A stretch of DNA of 64,000 bases from Eledone cirrhosa (Eukaryota): assembly GCA_964016885.1 (NCBI GenBank), contig OZ024744.1, positions 30,690,001 through 30,754,000 of the forward strand, in the 5' to 3' direction. Shown piece by piece: positions 12,001 through 27,680 of this stretch. The notes under the pieces were generated by a model. The model worked only from the letters and a program-made list of their open reading frames with translations. It searched no databases and had not been told where the DNA came from. Made by a program: the position numbers and the translations under genes. Numbering within the stretch: position 1 is the first letter of the stretch; each line of letters opens with the position of its first letter.

Positions 12001-15000
12001 CCTGATGATTTCTAAAGAATGAAATAGTTCTAGTCCTGTAGAATCTCATCTATATTAAAATTTGTTGATACCCAGATTCCTGATGATTTCTAAAGAATGA
12101 AACAGTTCTAGTCCTGTAGAATCTCATCTATATTAAAATTCTTTGATACCCAGATTCCTGATGATTTCTAAAGAATGAAACAGTTCTAGTCCTGTAGAAT
12201 CCCATATATAGTAAAATTGTTTGATACCCAGATTCCTTATGATTTCTAAAGAATGAAACAGTTCTAGTCCTTTAGAATCTCATGCATATTAAAATGTTTT
12301 GATGCCCAGATTCTGGATAATTTCTAAAGAATGAAACAGTTGTAGTCCTGTAGAATCTCATCTATAGTAAAAATTTTTGATAACCAGATTCCTGATAATT
12401 TCTAAAGAATGAAACAGTTCTAGTCCTGTAGAATCTCATCTATATTAACATTTTTTGATACCCAGATTCCTGATGATTTCTAAAGAATGAAATAGTTCTA
12501 GTCCTGTAGAATCTCATCTATATTAACATTTTTTGATACCCAGAAGTCTGATGAATTCTAAAGAATGAAACAGTTCTAGTCCTGTAGAATCTCATCTATA
12601 TTAACATTTTTTAACACCCAGATTCCTGATGATTTCTAAAGAATGAAACAGTTCTAGTCCTGTAGAATCTCATCTATATTAACATTTTTTGATACCCAGA
12701 TTCCTGATGATTTGTAAAGAATGAAACAGTTCTAGTCCTTTAGAATCTCATCTATATTAACATTTTTTGATACCCAGATTCCTGATGATTTCTAAAGAAT
12801 GAAACAGTCCTAGTCGTGTAGAATCTCATCTACATTAAAAAATGTTGATACCCAGATTCCTTATGATTTGTAAAGAATGAAACAGTTCTAGTCCTTTAGA
12901 ATCTCATCCATATTAAAATTTTTTGATACCCAGATTCCTGATGATTTCTAAAGAATGAAACAGTTCTAGTCCTGTAGAATCTAATGTATATTAATATTTT
13001 TTGAGAGCTAGATTTCTGATGATTTCTAAAGAATGAAACAGTTCTAGTCCTGTAGAATCTCATCTATACTAAAAAATTTTGATACCCAGATTCCTGGTGA
13101 TTTCTAAAGAATGAAACAGTTCTAGTCCTCTAGAATCTCATCTATATTAACATTTTTTGATACCCAGATTCCTGATGATTTCTAAAGAATGAAACAGTTC
13201 TAGTCCTGTAGAATCTCATCTATATTAAAATTTTTGGATAACCAGATTCCTGATGATTTCTAAAGAATGAAACAGTTCTAGTCCTTTAGAATCTCATCCA
13301 TATTAAACTTTTTTGATACCCAGATTCCTGATGATGTCTAAAGAATGAAACAGTTCTCGTCCTGTAGAATCTCATCTATATTAAACATTTGTGATACCCA
13401 GATTCCTGATGAATTCTGAAGAATGAAACAGTTCTCGTTCTGTAGAATCTCATCTATATTAAAAAATTTTGATACCCAGATACCTGATGTTTTCTAAAGA
13501 ATGAAACAGTTCTAGTCCTGTAGAATATCATCTATACTAAAATGTTTTGATACCCAGTTTCCTGATGATTTCTAATGAATGAAACATTTCTAGTCCTGTA
13601 GAATCTCATCTATATTAACATTTTTTGATACCCAGGTTTCTGATAATTTCTAAGGAATGAAACAGTTCTAGTCCTGTAGAATCTCATCTATATTAAAAAT
13701 TTTTGATACCCAGATTCCTGCTGATTTCTAAGAATGAAATAGTTCTAGTCCTGTAGAATCTCATCTATATTAACATATTTTGATTCCCAGATTCCTGATG
13801 ATTTCTAAAGAATGAATCAGTTCTAGTCCTGTCGAATCTCATCTATATTAACATTTTTTGATAGCCAGATTCCTGATGATTTCTAAAGAATGAAACAGTT
13901 CTAGTCCTGTAGAATCTCATCAATATTAACATTTTTTAACACCCAGATTCCTGATGATTTCTAAAGAATGAAACAGTTCTAGTCCTGTAGAATCTCATCT
14001 ATATTAACATTTTTTGATACCCAGATTCCTGATGATTTCTAAAGAATGAAACAGTTCTAGTCCTGTAGAATCTCATCTATATTAAAATTTGTTGATACCC
14101 AGATTCCTGATGATTTCTAAAGAATGAAACAGTTCTAGTTCTGTAGAATCTCATCTATACTAAAAATTTTTGATACCCAGATTCCTGGTGATTTCTAAAG
14201 AATGAAACAGTTCTAGTCCTCTAGAATCTCATCTATATTAACATTTTTTGACACCCAGATTCCTGATGATTTCTAAAGAATGAAACAGTTCTAGTCCTGT
14301 AGAATCTCATCTATATTAAAATTGTTGGATACCCAGATTCCTGATGATTTCTAAAGAATGAAACAGTTCTAGTCCTTTAGAATCTCATCCATATTAAAAT
14401 TTTTTGATACCCAGATTCCTGATGATTTCTAAAGAATGAAACAGTTCTAGTCCTGTAGAACCTCATCTATATTAACATTTTTTTATACCCAGATTCCTGA
14501 TGATTTCTAAAGAATGAAACAGTTCTAGTCCTGTAGAATCTCATATATATTAACATTTTTTGACACCCAGATTCCTGATGATTTCTAAAGAATGAAACAG
14601 TCCTAGTCATGTAGAATCTCATCTATATTAAACATTTGTGATACCCAGATTCCTGATGAGTTCTAAAGAATGAAACAGTTCTCGTTCTGTAGAATCTCAT
14701 CTATATTAAAAACTTTGATACCCAGATTGATGATGATTTCTAAAGAATGAAACAGTTCTAGTCCTGTAGAATCTCATCTATATTAAAATTTTTTGACACC
14801 CAGATTCCTGATGATTTCTAAAGAATGAAACAGTTGTAGTTCAGTAGAATCTCATCTATATTAACACTTTTGATACCCAGATTCTTGATGATTTCTAAAG
14901 AATGAAAGAGTTCTAGTCCTGTAGAATCTAATCTATATTAACATTTTTTGATACCCAGATTCCTGATGATTTCCAAAGAATGAAGCAGTTCAAGTCCTGT

Positions 15001-16870
15001 AGAATCTCATCTATATTAAAATTTGTTGATACCCAGATTCCTGATGATTTCTAAAGAATGAAACAGTTCTAGTCCTGTAGAATCTCATCTATATTAAAAA
15101 TGTTTGATACCCAGATTGCTGATGATTTCTAAAGAATGAAACAGTTCTAGTCCTGTAGAATCTCATCTATATTAAAATTTGTTGATACCCATATTCCTGA
15201 TGATTTCTAAAGAATGAAACAGTTCTAGTCCTGTAGAATCTCATCTTCATTAAAATTTTTGATACCCAGATTCCTGATGATTTCTAAAGAATGAAATAGT
15301 TCTAGTCCTGTAGAATCTCATCTATATTGAAATTTGTTGATACCCAGATTCCTGATGATTTCTAAAGAATGAAACAGTTCTAGTCCTGTAGAATCTCATC
15401 TATATTAAAATTCTTTGATACCCAGATTCCTGATGATTTCTAAAGAATGAAACAGTTCTAGTCCTGTAGAATCCCATATATAGTAAAATTGTTTGATACC
15501 CAGATTCCTTATGATTTCTAAAGAATGAAACAGTTCTAGTCCTTTAGAATCTCATGCATATTAAAAGTTTTTGATGCCCAGATTCTGGATAATTTCTAAA
15601 GAATGAAACAGTTGTAGTCCTGTAGAATCTCATCTATAGTAAAAATTTTTGATAACCAGATTCCTGATAATTTCTAAAGAATGAAACAGTTCTAGTCCTG
15701 TAGAATCTCATCTATATTAACATTTTTTGATACCCAGATTCCTGATGATTTCTAAAGAATGAAATAGTTCTAGTCCTGTAGAATCTCATCTATATTAACA
15801 TTTTTTGATACCCAGAAGTCTGATGAATTCTAAAGAATGAAACAGTTCTAGTCCTGTAGAATCTCATCTATATTAAAATTTTTGGATACCCAGATTCCTG
15901 ATGATTTCTAAAGAATGAAAAGAGTTCTAGTCCTGTAGAACCTCATCTATATTAACATTTTTTGATACCCAGATTCCTGATGATTTCTAAAGAATGAAAC
16001 AGTTCTAGGCCTGTAGAATCTCATATATATTAACATTTTTTGACACCCAGATTCCTGATGATTTCTAAAGAATGAAACAGTCCTAGTCGTGTAGATTCTC
16101 ATCTACATTAAAAAATGTTGATACCCAGATTCCTGATGATTTGTAAAGAATGAAACAGTTCTAGTCCTTTAGAATCTCATCCATATTAAAATTTTTTGAT
16201 ACCCAGATTCCTGATGATTTCTAAAGAATGAAACAGTTCTAGTCCTGTAGAATCTAATGTATATTAATATTTTTTGAGAGCTAGATTTCTGATGATTTCT
16301 AAAGAATGAAACAGTTCTAGTCCTGTAGAATCTCATCTATACTAAAAAATTTTGATACCCAGATTCCTGGTGATTTCTAAAGAATGAAACAGTTCTAGTC
16401 CTCTAGAATCTCATCTATATTAACATTTTTTGATACCCAGATTCCTGATGATTTCTAAAGAATGAAACAGTTCTAGTCCTGTAGAATCTCATCTATATTA
16501 AAATTTTTGGATAACCAGATTCCTGATGATTTCTAAAGAATGAAACAGTTCTAGTCCTTTAGAATCTCATCCATATTAAACTTTTTTGATACCCAGATTC
16601 CTGATGATGTCTAAAGAATGAAACAGTTCTCGTCCTGTAGAATCTCATCTATATTAAACATTTGTGATACCCAGATTCCTGATGAATTCTGAAGAATGAA
16701 ACAGTTCTCGTTCTGTAGAATCTCATCTATACTAAAAAATTTTGATACCCAAATACCTGATGTTTTCTAAAGAATGAAACAGTTCTAGTCCTGTAGAATA
16801 TCATCTATACTAAAATGTGTTGATACCCAGTTTCCTGATGATTTCTAATGAATGAAACATTTCTAGTCCT
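9010..16870. repeat. Local higher-order repeat, ~3,273 bp (42 monomers), about 2.4 copies
   Basis: Rare markers recur at 3,272-3,273 bp spacing: AGAGCTAGATTTCTG at 9731/13004/16277, GCCCAGATTCTGGAT at 9031/12304/15576, GAATCAG at 10541/13814, CCCAGATTGATG at 11449/14721. Confidence 0.9.
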
Positions 16871-19800
16871 GTAGAATCTCATCTATATTAACATTTTTTG
16901 ACACCCAGATTACTGATGATTTCTAAAGAATGAAACAGTTCTAGTCCTGTAGAATCTCATCTATATTAAAATTTTTTGACACCCAGATTCCTGATGATTT
17001 CTAAAGAATGAAACAGTTGTAGTTCAGTAGAATCTCATCTATATTAACACTTTTTGATACCCAGATTCCTGATGATTTCTAAAGAATGAAACAGTTCTAG
17101 TCCTGTAGAATCTCATGTATATTAACATTTTTTGATACCCAGATTCCTGATGATTTCTAAAGACTGAAACAGTTCTATTCCTGTAGAATCTCATCTATAT
17201 TAACATTTTTTGATACCCAGATTCCTGATGATTTCTAAAGAATGAAACAGTTCTAGTCCTTTAGAATCTCATCCATATTAAAATTTTTTGATACCCAGAT
17301 TCCTGATGATTTCTAAAGAATGAAACAGTTCTAGTCCTGTAGAATCTCATCTATATTAACATTTTTTGATACCCAGATTCCTGATGATTTCTAAAGAATG
17401 AAACAGTTCTAGTCCTGTAGAATCTCATCTATATTATCATGTTTTGATACCCAGATTCCTGATGATTTCTAAAGAATGAAACAGTTCTAGTCCTGTAGAA
17501 TCTCATCTATATTAACATTTTTTGATACCCAGATGTCTGATGAATTCTAAAGAATGAAACAGTTCTAGTCCTGTTGAATCTCATCTATACTAAAAAATTT
17601 TGATACCCAGATTCCTGGTGATTTCTAAAGAATGAAACAGTTCTAGTCCTCTAGAATCTCATCTATATTAACATTTTTTGATACCCAGATTCCTGATGAT
17701 TTCTAAAGAATGAAACAGTTCTAGTCCTGTAGAATCTCATCTATATTAAAATTTTTTGATAACCAGATTCCTGATGATTTCTAAAGAATGAAACAGTTCT
17801 AGTCCTTTAGAATCTCATCCATATTAAACTTTTTTGATACCCAGATTCCTGATGATTTCTAAAGAATGAAACAGTTCTCGTCCTGTAGAATCTCATCTAT
17901 ATTAAAATTTTTTGATACCCAGATTCCTGATGATTTCTAAAGAATGAAACAGTCCTAGTCGTGTAGAATCTCATCTATATTAAACATTTGTGATACCCAG
18001 ATTCCTGATGAATTCTGAAGAATGAAACAGTTCCCGTTCTGTAGAATCTCATCTATATTAAAAAATTTTGATACCCAGATACCTGATGTTTTCTAAAGAA
18101 TGAAACAGTTCTAGTCCTGTAGAATATCATCTATACTAAAATGTTTTGATACCCAGTTTCCTGATGATTTCTAATGAATGAAACATTTCTAGTCCTGTAG
18201 AATCTCATCTATATTAACATTTTTTGACACCCAGATTAATGATGATTTCTAAAGAATGAAACAGTTCTAGTCCTGTAGAATCTCATCTATATTAAAATTT
18301 TTTGACACCCAGATTCCTGATGATTTCTAAAGAATGAAACAGTTGTAGTTCAGTAGAATCTCATCTATATTAACACTTTTTGATACCCAGATTCCTGATG
18401 ATTTCTAAAGAATGAAACAGTTCTAGTCCTGTAGAATCTCATGTATATTAACATTTTTTGATACCCAGATTCCTGATGATTTCTAAAGACTGAAACAGTT
18501 CTATTCCTGTAGAATCTCATCTATATTAACATTTTTTGATACCCAGATTCCTGATGATTTCTAAAGAATGAAACAGTTCTAGTCCTTTAGAATCTCATCC
18601 ATATTAAAATTTTTTGATACCCAGATTCCTGATGATTTCTAAAGAATGAAACAGTTCTAGTCCTGTAGAATCTCATCTATATTAAAATTTTTTGATACCC
18701 AGATTCCTGATGATTTCTAATGAATGAAACATTTCTAGTCCTGTAGAATCTCATCTATATTAACATTTTTTGACACCCAGATTAATGATGATTTCTAAAG
18801 AATGAAACAGTTCTAGTCCTGTAGAATCTCATCTATATTAAAATTTTTTGACACCCAGATTCCTGATGATTTCTAAAGAATGAAACACCTCTAGTCCTAT
18901 AGAACCTCATCTATATTAAACATTTTTGATACCCAGATTCCTGATGATTTCTAAAGAATGAAACAGTTCTAGTCCTGTAGAATATCATCTATACTAAAAT
19001 GTTTTGATACCCAGTTTCCTGATAATTTCTAAAGAATGAAACAGTTCTAGTCCTTAGAATCTCATCCATATTAAACATTTTTGATACCCAGATTCCTGAT
19101 GATTTCTAAAGAATGAAACAGTTCTAGTCCTGTAGAATCTCATCTATATTAAAATTTTTGGATACCCAGATTCCTGATGATTTCTAAAGAATGAAACAGT
19201 TCTAGTCCTTTAGAATCTCATCCATATTAAAATTTTTTGATAGCCAGATTCCTGATGATTTCTAAAGAATGAAACAGTTCTAGTCCTGTAGAATCTCATC
19301 TATATTAAAAATTTTTGATACCCAGATTCCTGATGATTTCTAAAGAATGAAAGAGTTCTAGTCCTGTAGAATCTCATGTATATTAAAATTTTTTGATACC
19401 CAGATTCCTGATGATTTCTAAAGAATGAAACAGTTCTAGTCCTCTAGAATCTCATCTATATTAAAAATTTTTGATACCCAGATTCCTGATGATTTCTAAA
19501 GAATGAAACAGCTCTAGTCCTGTAGAACCTCATCTATATTAACATTTTTTGATACCCAGATTCCTGATGATTTCTAAAGAATGAAACAGTTCTAGTCCTT
19601 TAGAATCTCATATATATTAACATTTTTTGACACCCAGATTCCTGATGATTTCTAAACAATGAAACAGTCCTAGTCGTGTAGAATCTAATCTATATTAAAC
19701 ATTTGTGATACCCAGATTCCTGATGATTTCTAAAGAATGAAACAGTTCTCGTTCTGTAGAATCTCATCTATATTAAAAACTTTGATACCCAGATTACTGA

Positions 19801-22800
19801 TGTTTTCTAACGAATGAAACAGTTCTAGCCCTGTAGAATCTCATCTATATTAAAAATGTTTGATACCCAGATTGATGATGATTTCTCAAGAATGAAACAG
19901 TTCTAGTCCTGTAGAATCTCATCTATATTAAAATTTTTTGATACCCAGATTCCTGATGATTTCTAAAGAATGAAACAGTTCTAGTCCTGTAGAATCTCAT
20001 GTATATTAAAATTCTTTGATACCCAGATTCCTGATGATTTCTAAAGAATGAAACAGTTCTAGTCCTGTAGAATCTCATATACAGTAAAATTTTTTGATAC
20101 CCAGATTCCTGATGATTTCTAAAGAATGAAACAGTTCTAGTCCTTTAGAATCTCATGCATATTAAAATTTTTTGATGCCCAGATTCCTGATGATTTCTAA
20201 AGAATGAAACAGTTGTAGTCCTGTAGAATCTCATCTATACTAAAAATTTTTGATACCCAGGTTTCTGATAATTTCTAAGGAATGAAACAGTTCTAGTCCT
20301 GTAGAATCTCATCTATATTAAAAATTTTTGATACCCAGATTCCTGCTGATTTCTAAGAATGAAATAGTTCTAGTCCTGTAGAATCTCATCTATATTAACA
20401 TATTTTGATTCCCAGATTCCTGATGATTTCTAAAGAATGAATCAGTTCTAGTCCTGTCGAATCTCATCTATATTAACATTTTTTGATAGCCAGATTCCTG
20501 ATGATTTCTAAAGAATGAAACAGTTCTAGTCCTGTAGAATCTCATCAATATTAACATTTTTTAAAACCCAGATTCCTGATGATTTCTAAAGAATGAAACA
20601 GTTCTAGTCCTGTAGAATCTCATCTATATTAACATTTTTTGATACCCAGATTCCTGATGATTTCTAAAGAATGAAACAGTTCTAGTTCTGTAGAATCTCA
20701 TCTATACTAAAAATTTTTGATACCCAGATTCCTGGTGATTTCTAAAGAATGAAACAGTTCTAGTCCTCTAGAATCTCATCTATATTAACATTTTTTGACA
20801 CCCAGATTCCTGATGATTTCTAAAGAATGAAACAGTTCTAGTCCTGTAGAATCTCATCTATATTAAAATTGTTGGATACCCAGATTCCTGATGATTTCTA
20901 AAGAATGAAACAGTTCTAGTCCTTTAGAATCTCATCCATATTAAAATTTTTTGATACCCAGATTCCTGATGATTTCTAAAGAATGAAACAGTTCTAGTCC
21001 GGTAGAACCTCATCTATATTAACATTTTTTTATACCCAGATTCCTGATGATTTCTAAAGAATGAAACAGTTCTAGTCCTGTAGAATCTCATATATATTAA
21101 CATTTTTTGACAACCAGATTCCTGATGATTTCTAAAGAATGAAACAGTCCTAGTCGTGTAGAATCTCATCTATATTAAACATTTGTGATACCCAGATTCC
21201 TGATGAGTTCTAAAGAATGAAACAGTTCTCGTTCTGTAGAATCTCATCTATATTAAAAACTTTGATACCCAGATTGATGATGATTTCTAAAGAATGAAAC
21301 AGTTCTAGTCCTGTAGAATCTCATCTATATTAAAATTGTTTGACACCCAGATTCCTGATGATTTCTAAAGAATGAAACAGTTGTAGTTCAGTAGAATCTC
21401 ATCTATATTAACACTTTTGATACCCAGATTCTTGATGATTTCTAAAGAATGAAAGAGTTCTAGTCCTGTAGAATCTAATCTATAGTAACATTTTTTGATA
21501 CCCAGATTCCTGATGATTTCCAAAGAATGAAGCAGTTCTAGTCCTGTAGAACCTCATCTATATTAAAATTTGTTGATACCCAGATTCCTGATGATTTCTA
21601 ACGAATGAAACAGTTCTAGTCCTGTAGAATCTCATCTATATTAAAAATGTTTGATACCCAGATTGCTGATGATTTCTAAAGAATGAAACAGTTCTAGTCC
21701 TGTAGAATCTCATCTATATTAAAATTTGTTGATACCCATATTCCTGATGATTTCTAAAGAATGAAACAGTTCTAGTCCTGTAGAATCTCATCTTCATTAA
21801 AATTTTTGATACCCAGATTCCTGATGATTTCTAAAGAATGAAACAGTTCTAGTCCTGTAGAATCCCATATATAGTAAAATTGTTTGATACCCAGATTCCT
21901 TATGATTTCTAAAGAATGAAACAGTTCTAGTCCTTTAGAATCTCATGCATATTAAAATTTTTTGATGCCCAGATTCTGGATAATTTCTAAAGAATGAAAC
22001 AGTTGTAGTCCTGTAGAATCTCATCTATAGTAAAAAATTTTGATAACCAGATTCCTGATAATTTCTAAAGAATGAAACAGTTCTAGTCCTGTAGAATCTC
22101 ATCTTCATTAAAATTTTTGATACCCAGATTCCTGATGATTTCTAAAGAATGAAATAGTTCTAGTCCTGTAGAATCTCATCTATATTAACATTTTTTGATA
22201 CCCAGAAGTCTGATGAATTCTAAAGAATGAAACAGTTCTAGTCCTGTAGAATCTCATCTATATTAACATTTTTTAACACCCAGATTCCTGATGATTTCTA
22301 AAGAATGAAACAGTTCTAGTCCTGTAGAATCTCATCTATATTAACATTTTTTGATACCCAGATTCCTGATGATTTGTAAAGAATGAAACAGTTCTAGTCC
22401 TTTAGAATCTCATCCATATTAAAAATTTTTGATACCCAGATTCCTGATGATTTCTAAAGAATGAAACAGTTCTAGTTCTGTAGAATCTAATGTATATTAA
22501 AATTTTTTGAGAGCTAGATTTCTGATGATTTCTAAAGAATGAAACAGTTCTAGTCCTGTAGAATCTCATCTATACTAAAAATTTTTGATACCCAGATTCC
22601 TGGTGATTTCTAAAGAATGAAACAGTTCTAGTCCTGTAGAATCTCATCTATATTAACATTTTTTGACACCTAGATTCCTGATGATTTCTAAAGAATGAAA
22701 CAGTTCTAGTCCTGTAGAATCTCATCTATATTAAAATTTTTGGATACCCAGATTCCTGATGATTTCTAAAGAATGAAACAGTTCTAGTCCTGTAGAACCT

Positions 22801-22929
22801 CATCTATATTAACATTTTTTGATACCCAGATTCCTGATGATTTCTAAAGAATGAAACAGTTCTCGGCCTGTAGAATCTCATATATATTAACATTTTTTGA
22901 CACCCAGATTCCTGATGATTTCTAAAGAA

Positions 22930-25900
22930 TGAAACAGTCCTAGTCGTGTAGAATCTCATCTACATTAAAAAATGTTGATACCCAGATTCCTGATGATTTG
23001 TAAAGAATGAAACAGTTCTAGTCCTTTAGAATCTCATCCATATTAAAATTTTTTGATACCCAGATTCCTGATGATTTCTAAAGAATGAAACAGTTCTAGT
23101 CCTGTAGAATCTAATGTATATTAATATTTTTTGAGAGCTAGATTTCTGATGATTTCTAAAGAATGAAACAGTTCTAGTCCTGTAGAATCTCATCTATACT
23201 AAAAAATTTTGATACCCAGATTCCTGGTGATTTCTAAAGAATGAAACAGTTCTAGTCCTCTAGAATCTCATCTATATTAACATTTTTTGATACCCAGATT
23301 CCTGATGATTTCTAAAGAATGAAACAGTTCTAGTCCTGTAGAATCTCATCTATATTAAAATTTTTGGATAACCAGATTCCTGATGATTTCTAAAGAATGA
23401 AACAGTTCTAGTCCTTTAGAATCTCATCCATATTAAACTTTTTTGATACCCAGATTCCTGATGATGTCTAAAGAATGAAACAGTTCTCGTCCTGTAGAAT
23501 CTCATCTATATTAAACATTTGTGATACCCAGATTCCTGATGAATTCTGAAGAATGAAACAGTTCTCGTTCTGTAGAATCTCATCTATATTAAAAAATTTT
23601 GATACCCAGATACCTGATGTTTTCTAAAGAATGAAACAGTTCTAGTCCTGTAGAATATCATCTATACTAAAATGTTTTGATACCCAGTTTCCTGATGATT
23701 TCTAATGAATGAAACATTTCTAGTCCTGTAGAATCTCATCTATATTAACATTTTTTGATACCCAGGTTTCTGATAATTTCTAAGGAATGAAACAGTTCTA
23801 GTCCTGTAGAATCTCATCTATATTAAAAATTTTTGATACCCAGATTCCTGCTGATTTCTAAGAATGAAATAGTTCTAGTCCTGTAGAATCTCATCTATAT
23901 TAACATATTTTGATTCCCAGATTCCTGATGATTTCTAAAGAATGAATCAGTTCTAGTCCTGTCGAATCTCATCTATATTAACATTTTTTGATAGCCAGAT
24001 TCCTGATGATTTCTAAAGAATGAAACAGTTCTAGTCCTGTAGAATCTCATCAATATTAACATTTTTTAACACCCAGATTCCTGATGATTTCTAAAGAATG
24101 AAACAGTTCTAGTCCTGTAGAATCTCATCTATATTAACATTTTTTGATACCCAGATTCCTGATGATTTCTAAAGAATGAAACAGTTCTAGTCCTGTAGAA
24201 TCTCATCTATATTAAAATTTGTTGATACCCAGATTCCTGATGATTTCTAAAGAGTGAAACAGTTCTAGTTCTGTAGAATCTCATCTATACTAAAAATTTT
24301 TGATACCCAGATTCCTGGTGATTTCTAAAGAATGAAACAGTTCTAGTCCTCTAGAATCTCATCTATATTAACATTTTTTGACACCCAGATTCCTGATGAT
24401 TTCTAAAGAATGAAACAGTTCTAGTCCTGTAGAATCTCATCTATATTAAAATTGTTGGATACCCAGATTCCTGATGATTTCTAAAGAATGAAACAGTTCT
24501 AGTCCTTTAGAATCTCATCCATATTAAAATTTTTTGATACCCAGATTCCTGATGATTTCTAAAGAATGAAACAGTTCTAGTCCTGTAGAACCTCATCTAT
24601 ATTAACATTTTTTTATACCCAGATTCCTGATGATTTCTAAAGAATGAAACAGTTCTAGTCCTGTAGAATCTCATATATATTAACATTTTTTGACACCCAG
24701 ATTCCTGATGATTTCTAAAGAATGAAACAGTCCTAGTCGTGTAGAATCTCATCTATATTAAGCATTTGTGATACCCAGATACCTGATGAGTTCTAAAGAA
24801 TGAAACAGTTCTCGTTCTGTAGAATCTCATCTATATTAAAAACTTTGATACCCAGATTGATGATGATTTCTAAAGAATGAAACAGTTCTAGTCCTGTAGA
24901 ATCTCATCTATATTAAAATTTTTTGACACCCAGATTCCTGATGATTTCTAAAGAATGAAACAGTTGTAGTTCAGTAGAATCTCATCTATATTAACACTTT
25001 TGATACCCAGATTCTTGATGATTTCTAAAGAATGAAAGAGTTCTAGTCCTGTAGAATCTAATCTATATTAACATTTTTTGATACCCAGATTCCTGATGAT
25101 TTCCAAAGAATGAAGCAGTTCTAGTCCTGTAGAATCTCAACTATATTAAAATTTGTTGATACCCAGATTCCTGATGATTTCTAAAGAATGAAACAGTTCT
25201 AGTCCTGTAGAATCTCATCTATATTAAAAATGTTTGATACCCAGATTGCTGATGATTTCTAAAGAATGAAACAGTTCTAGTCCTGTAGAATCTCATCTAT
25301 ATTAAAATTTGTTGATACCCATATTCCTGATGATTTCTAAAGAATGAAACAGTTCTAGTCCTGTAGAATCTCATCTTCATTAAAATTTTTGATACCCAGA
25401 TTCCTGATGATTTCTAAAGAATGAAATAGTTCTAGTCCTGTAGAATCTCATCTATATTAAAATTTGTTGATACCCAGATTCCTGATGATTTCTAAAGAAT
25501 GAAACAGTTCTAGTCCTGTAGAATCTCATCTATATTAAAATTCTTTGATACCCAGATTCCTGATGATTTCTAAAGAATGAAACAGTTCTAGTCCTGTAGA
25601 ATCCCATATATAGTAAAATTGTTTGATACCCAGATTCCTTATGATTTCTAAAGAATGAAACAGTTCTAGTCCTTTAGAATCTCATGCATATTAAAATTTT
25701 TTGATGCCCAGATTCTGGATAATTTCTAAAGAATGAAACAGTTGTAGTCCTGTAGAATCTCATCTATAGTAAAAATTTTTGATAACCAGATTCCTGATAA
25801 TTTCTAAAGAATGAAACAGTTCTAGTCCTGTAGAATCTCATCTATATTAACATTTTTTGATACCCAGATTCCTGATGATTTCTAAAGAATGAAATAGTTC

Positions 25901-25990
25901 TAGTCCTGTAGAATCTCATCTATATTAACATTTTTTGATACCCAGAAGTCTGATGAATTCTAAAGAATGAAACAGTTCTAGTCCTGTAGA
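22930..25990. repeat. Dispersed copy of the 42-mer block (~12,800-15,860) at a 10,130-bp offset
   Basis: Markers 13004->23134, 13814->23944, 14721->24851 and 15576->25706 are all offset by 10,130 bp. Confidence 0.88.
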
Positions 25991-27680
25991 ATCTCATCTA
26001 TATTAACATTTTTTAACACCCAGATTCCTGATGATTTCTAAAGAATGAAACAGTTCTAGTCCTGTCGAATCTCATCTATATTAACATTTTTTGATACCCA
26101 GATTCCTGAGGATTTGTAAAGAATGAAACAGTTCTAGTCCTTTAGAATCTCATCCATATTAAAAATTTTTGATACCCAGATTCCTGATGATTTCTAAAGA
26201 ATGAAACAGTTCTAGTCCTGTAGAATCTAATGTATATTAAAATTTTTTGAGAGCTAGATTTCTGATGATTTCTAAAGAATGAAACAGTTCTAGTCCTGTA
26301 GAATCTCATCTATACTAAAAATTTTTGATACCCAGATTCCTGGTGATTTCTAAAGAATGAAAGAGTTCTAGTCCTGTAGAATCTAATCTATATTAACATT
26401 TTTTGATACCCAGATTCCTGATGATTTCCAAAGAATGAAGCAGTTCTAGTCCTGTAGAATCTCATCTATATTAAAATTTGTTGATACCCAGATTCCTGAT
26501 GATTTCTAAAGAATGAAACAGTTCTAGTCCTGTAGAATCTCATCTATATTAAAAATGTTTGATACCCAGATTGCTGATGATTTCTAAAGAATGAAACAGT
26601 TCTAGTCCTGTAGAATCTCATCTATATTAAAATTTGTTGATACCCATATTCCTGATGATTTCTAAAGAATGAAACAGTTCTAGTCCTGTAGAATCTCATC
26701 TTCATTAAAATTTTTGATACCCAGATTCCTGATGATTTCTAAAGAATGAAATAGTTCTAGTCCTGTAGAATCTCATCTATATTAAAATTTGTTGATACCC
26801 AGATTCCTGATGATTTCTAAAGAATGAAACAGTTCTAGTCCTGTAGAATCTCATCTATATTAAAATTCTTTGATACCCAGATTCCTGATGATTTCTAAAG
26901 AATGAAACAGTTCTAGTCCTGTAGAATCCCATATATAGTAAAATTGTTTGATACCCAGATTCCTTATGATTTCTAAAGAATGAAACAGTTCTAGTCCTTT
27001 AGAATCTCATGCATATTAAAGTTTTTTGATGCCCAGATTCTGGATAATTTCTAAAGAATGAAACAGTTGTAGTCCTGTAGAATCTCATCTATAGTAAAAA
27101 TTTTTGATAACCAGATTCCTGATAATTTCTAAAGAATGAAACAGTTCTAGTCCTGTAGAATCTCATCTATATTAACATTTTTTGATACCCAGATTCCTGA
27201 TGATTTCTAAAGAATGAAATAGTTCTAGTCCTGTAGAATCTCATCTATATTAACATTTTTTGATACCCAGAAGTCTGATGAATTCTAAAGAATGAAACAG
27301 TTCTAGTCCTGTAGAATCTCATCTATATTAACATTTTTTAACACCCAGATTCCTGATGATTTCTAAAGAATGAAACAGTTCTAGTCCTGTAGAATCTGAT
27401 CTATATTAACATTTTTTGATACCCAGATTCCTGATGATTTGTAAAGAATGAAACAGTTCTAGTCCTTTAGAATCTCATCCATATTAAAAATTTTTGATAC
27501 CCAGATTCCTGATGATTTCTAAAGAATGAAACAGTTCTAGTCCTGTAGAATCTAATGTATATTAAAATTTTTTGAGAGCTAGATTTCTGATGATTTCTAA
27601 AGAATGAAACAGTTCTAGTCCTGTAGAATCTCATCTATACTAAAAATTTTTGATACCCAGATTCCTGGTGATTTCTAAAG
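25030..27680. repeat. Tandem duplication of 17 monomers (1,325 bp)
   Basis: AAAGAGTTCT at 25035/26360, GCCCAGATTCTGG at 25706/27031, AGAGCTAG at 26250/27575. Confidence 0.88.
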
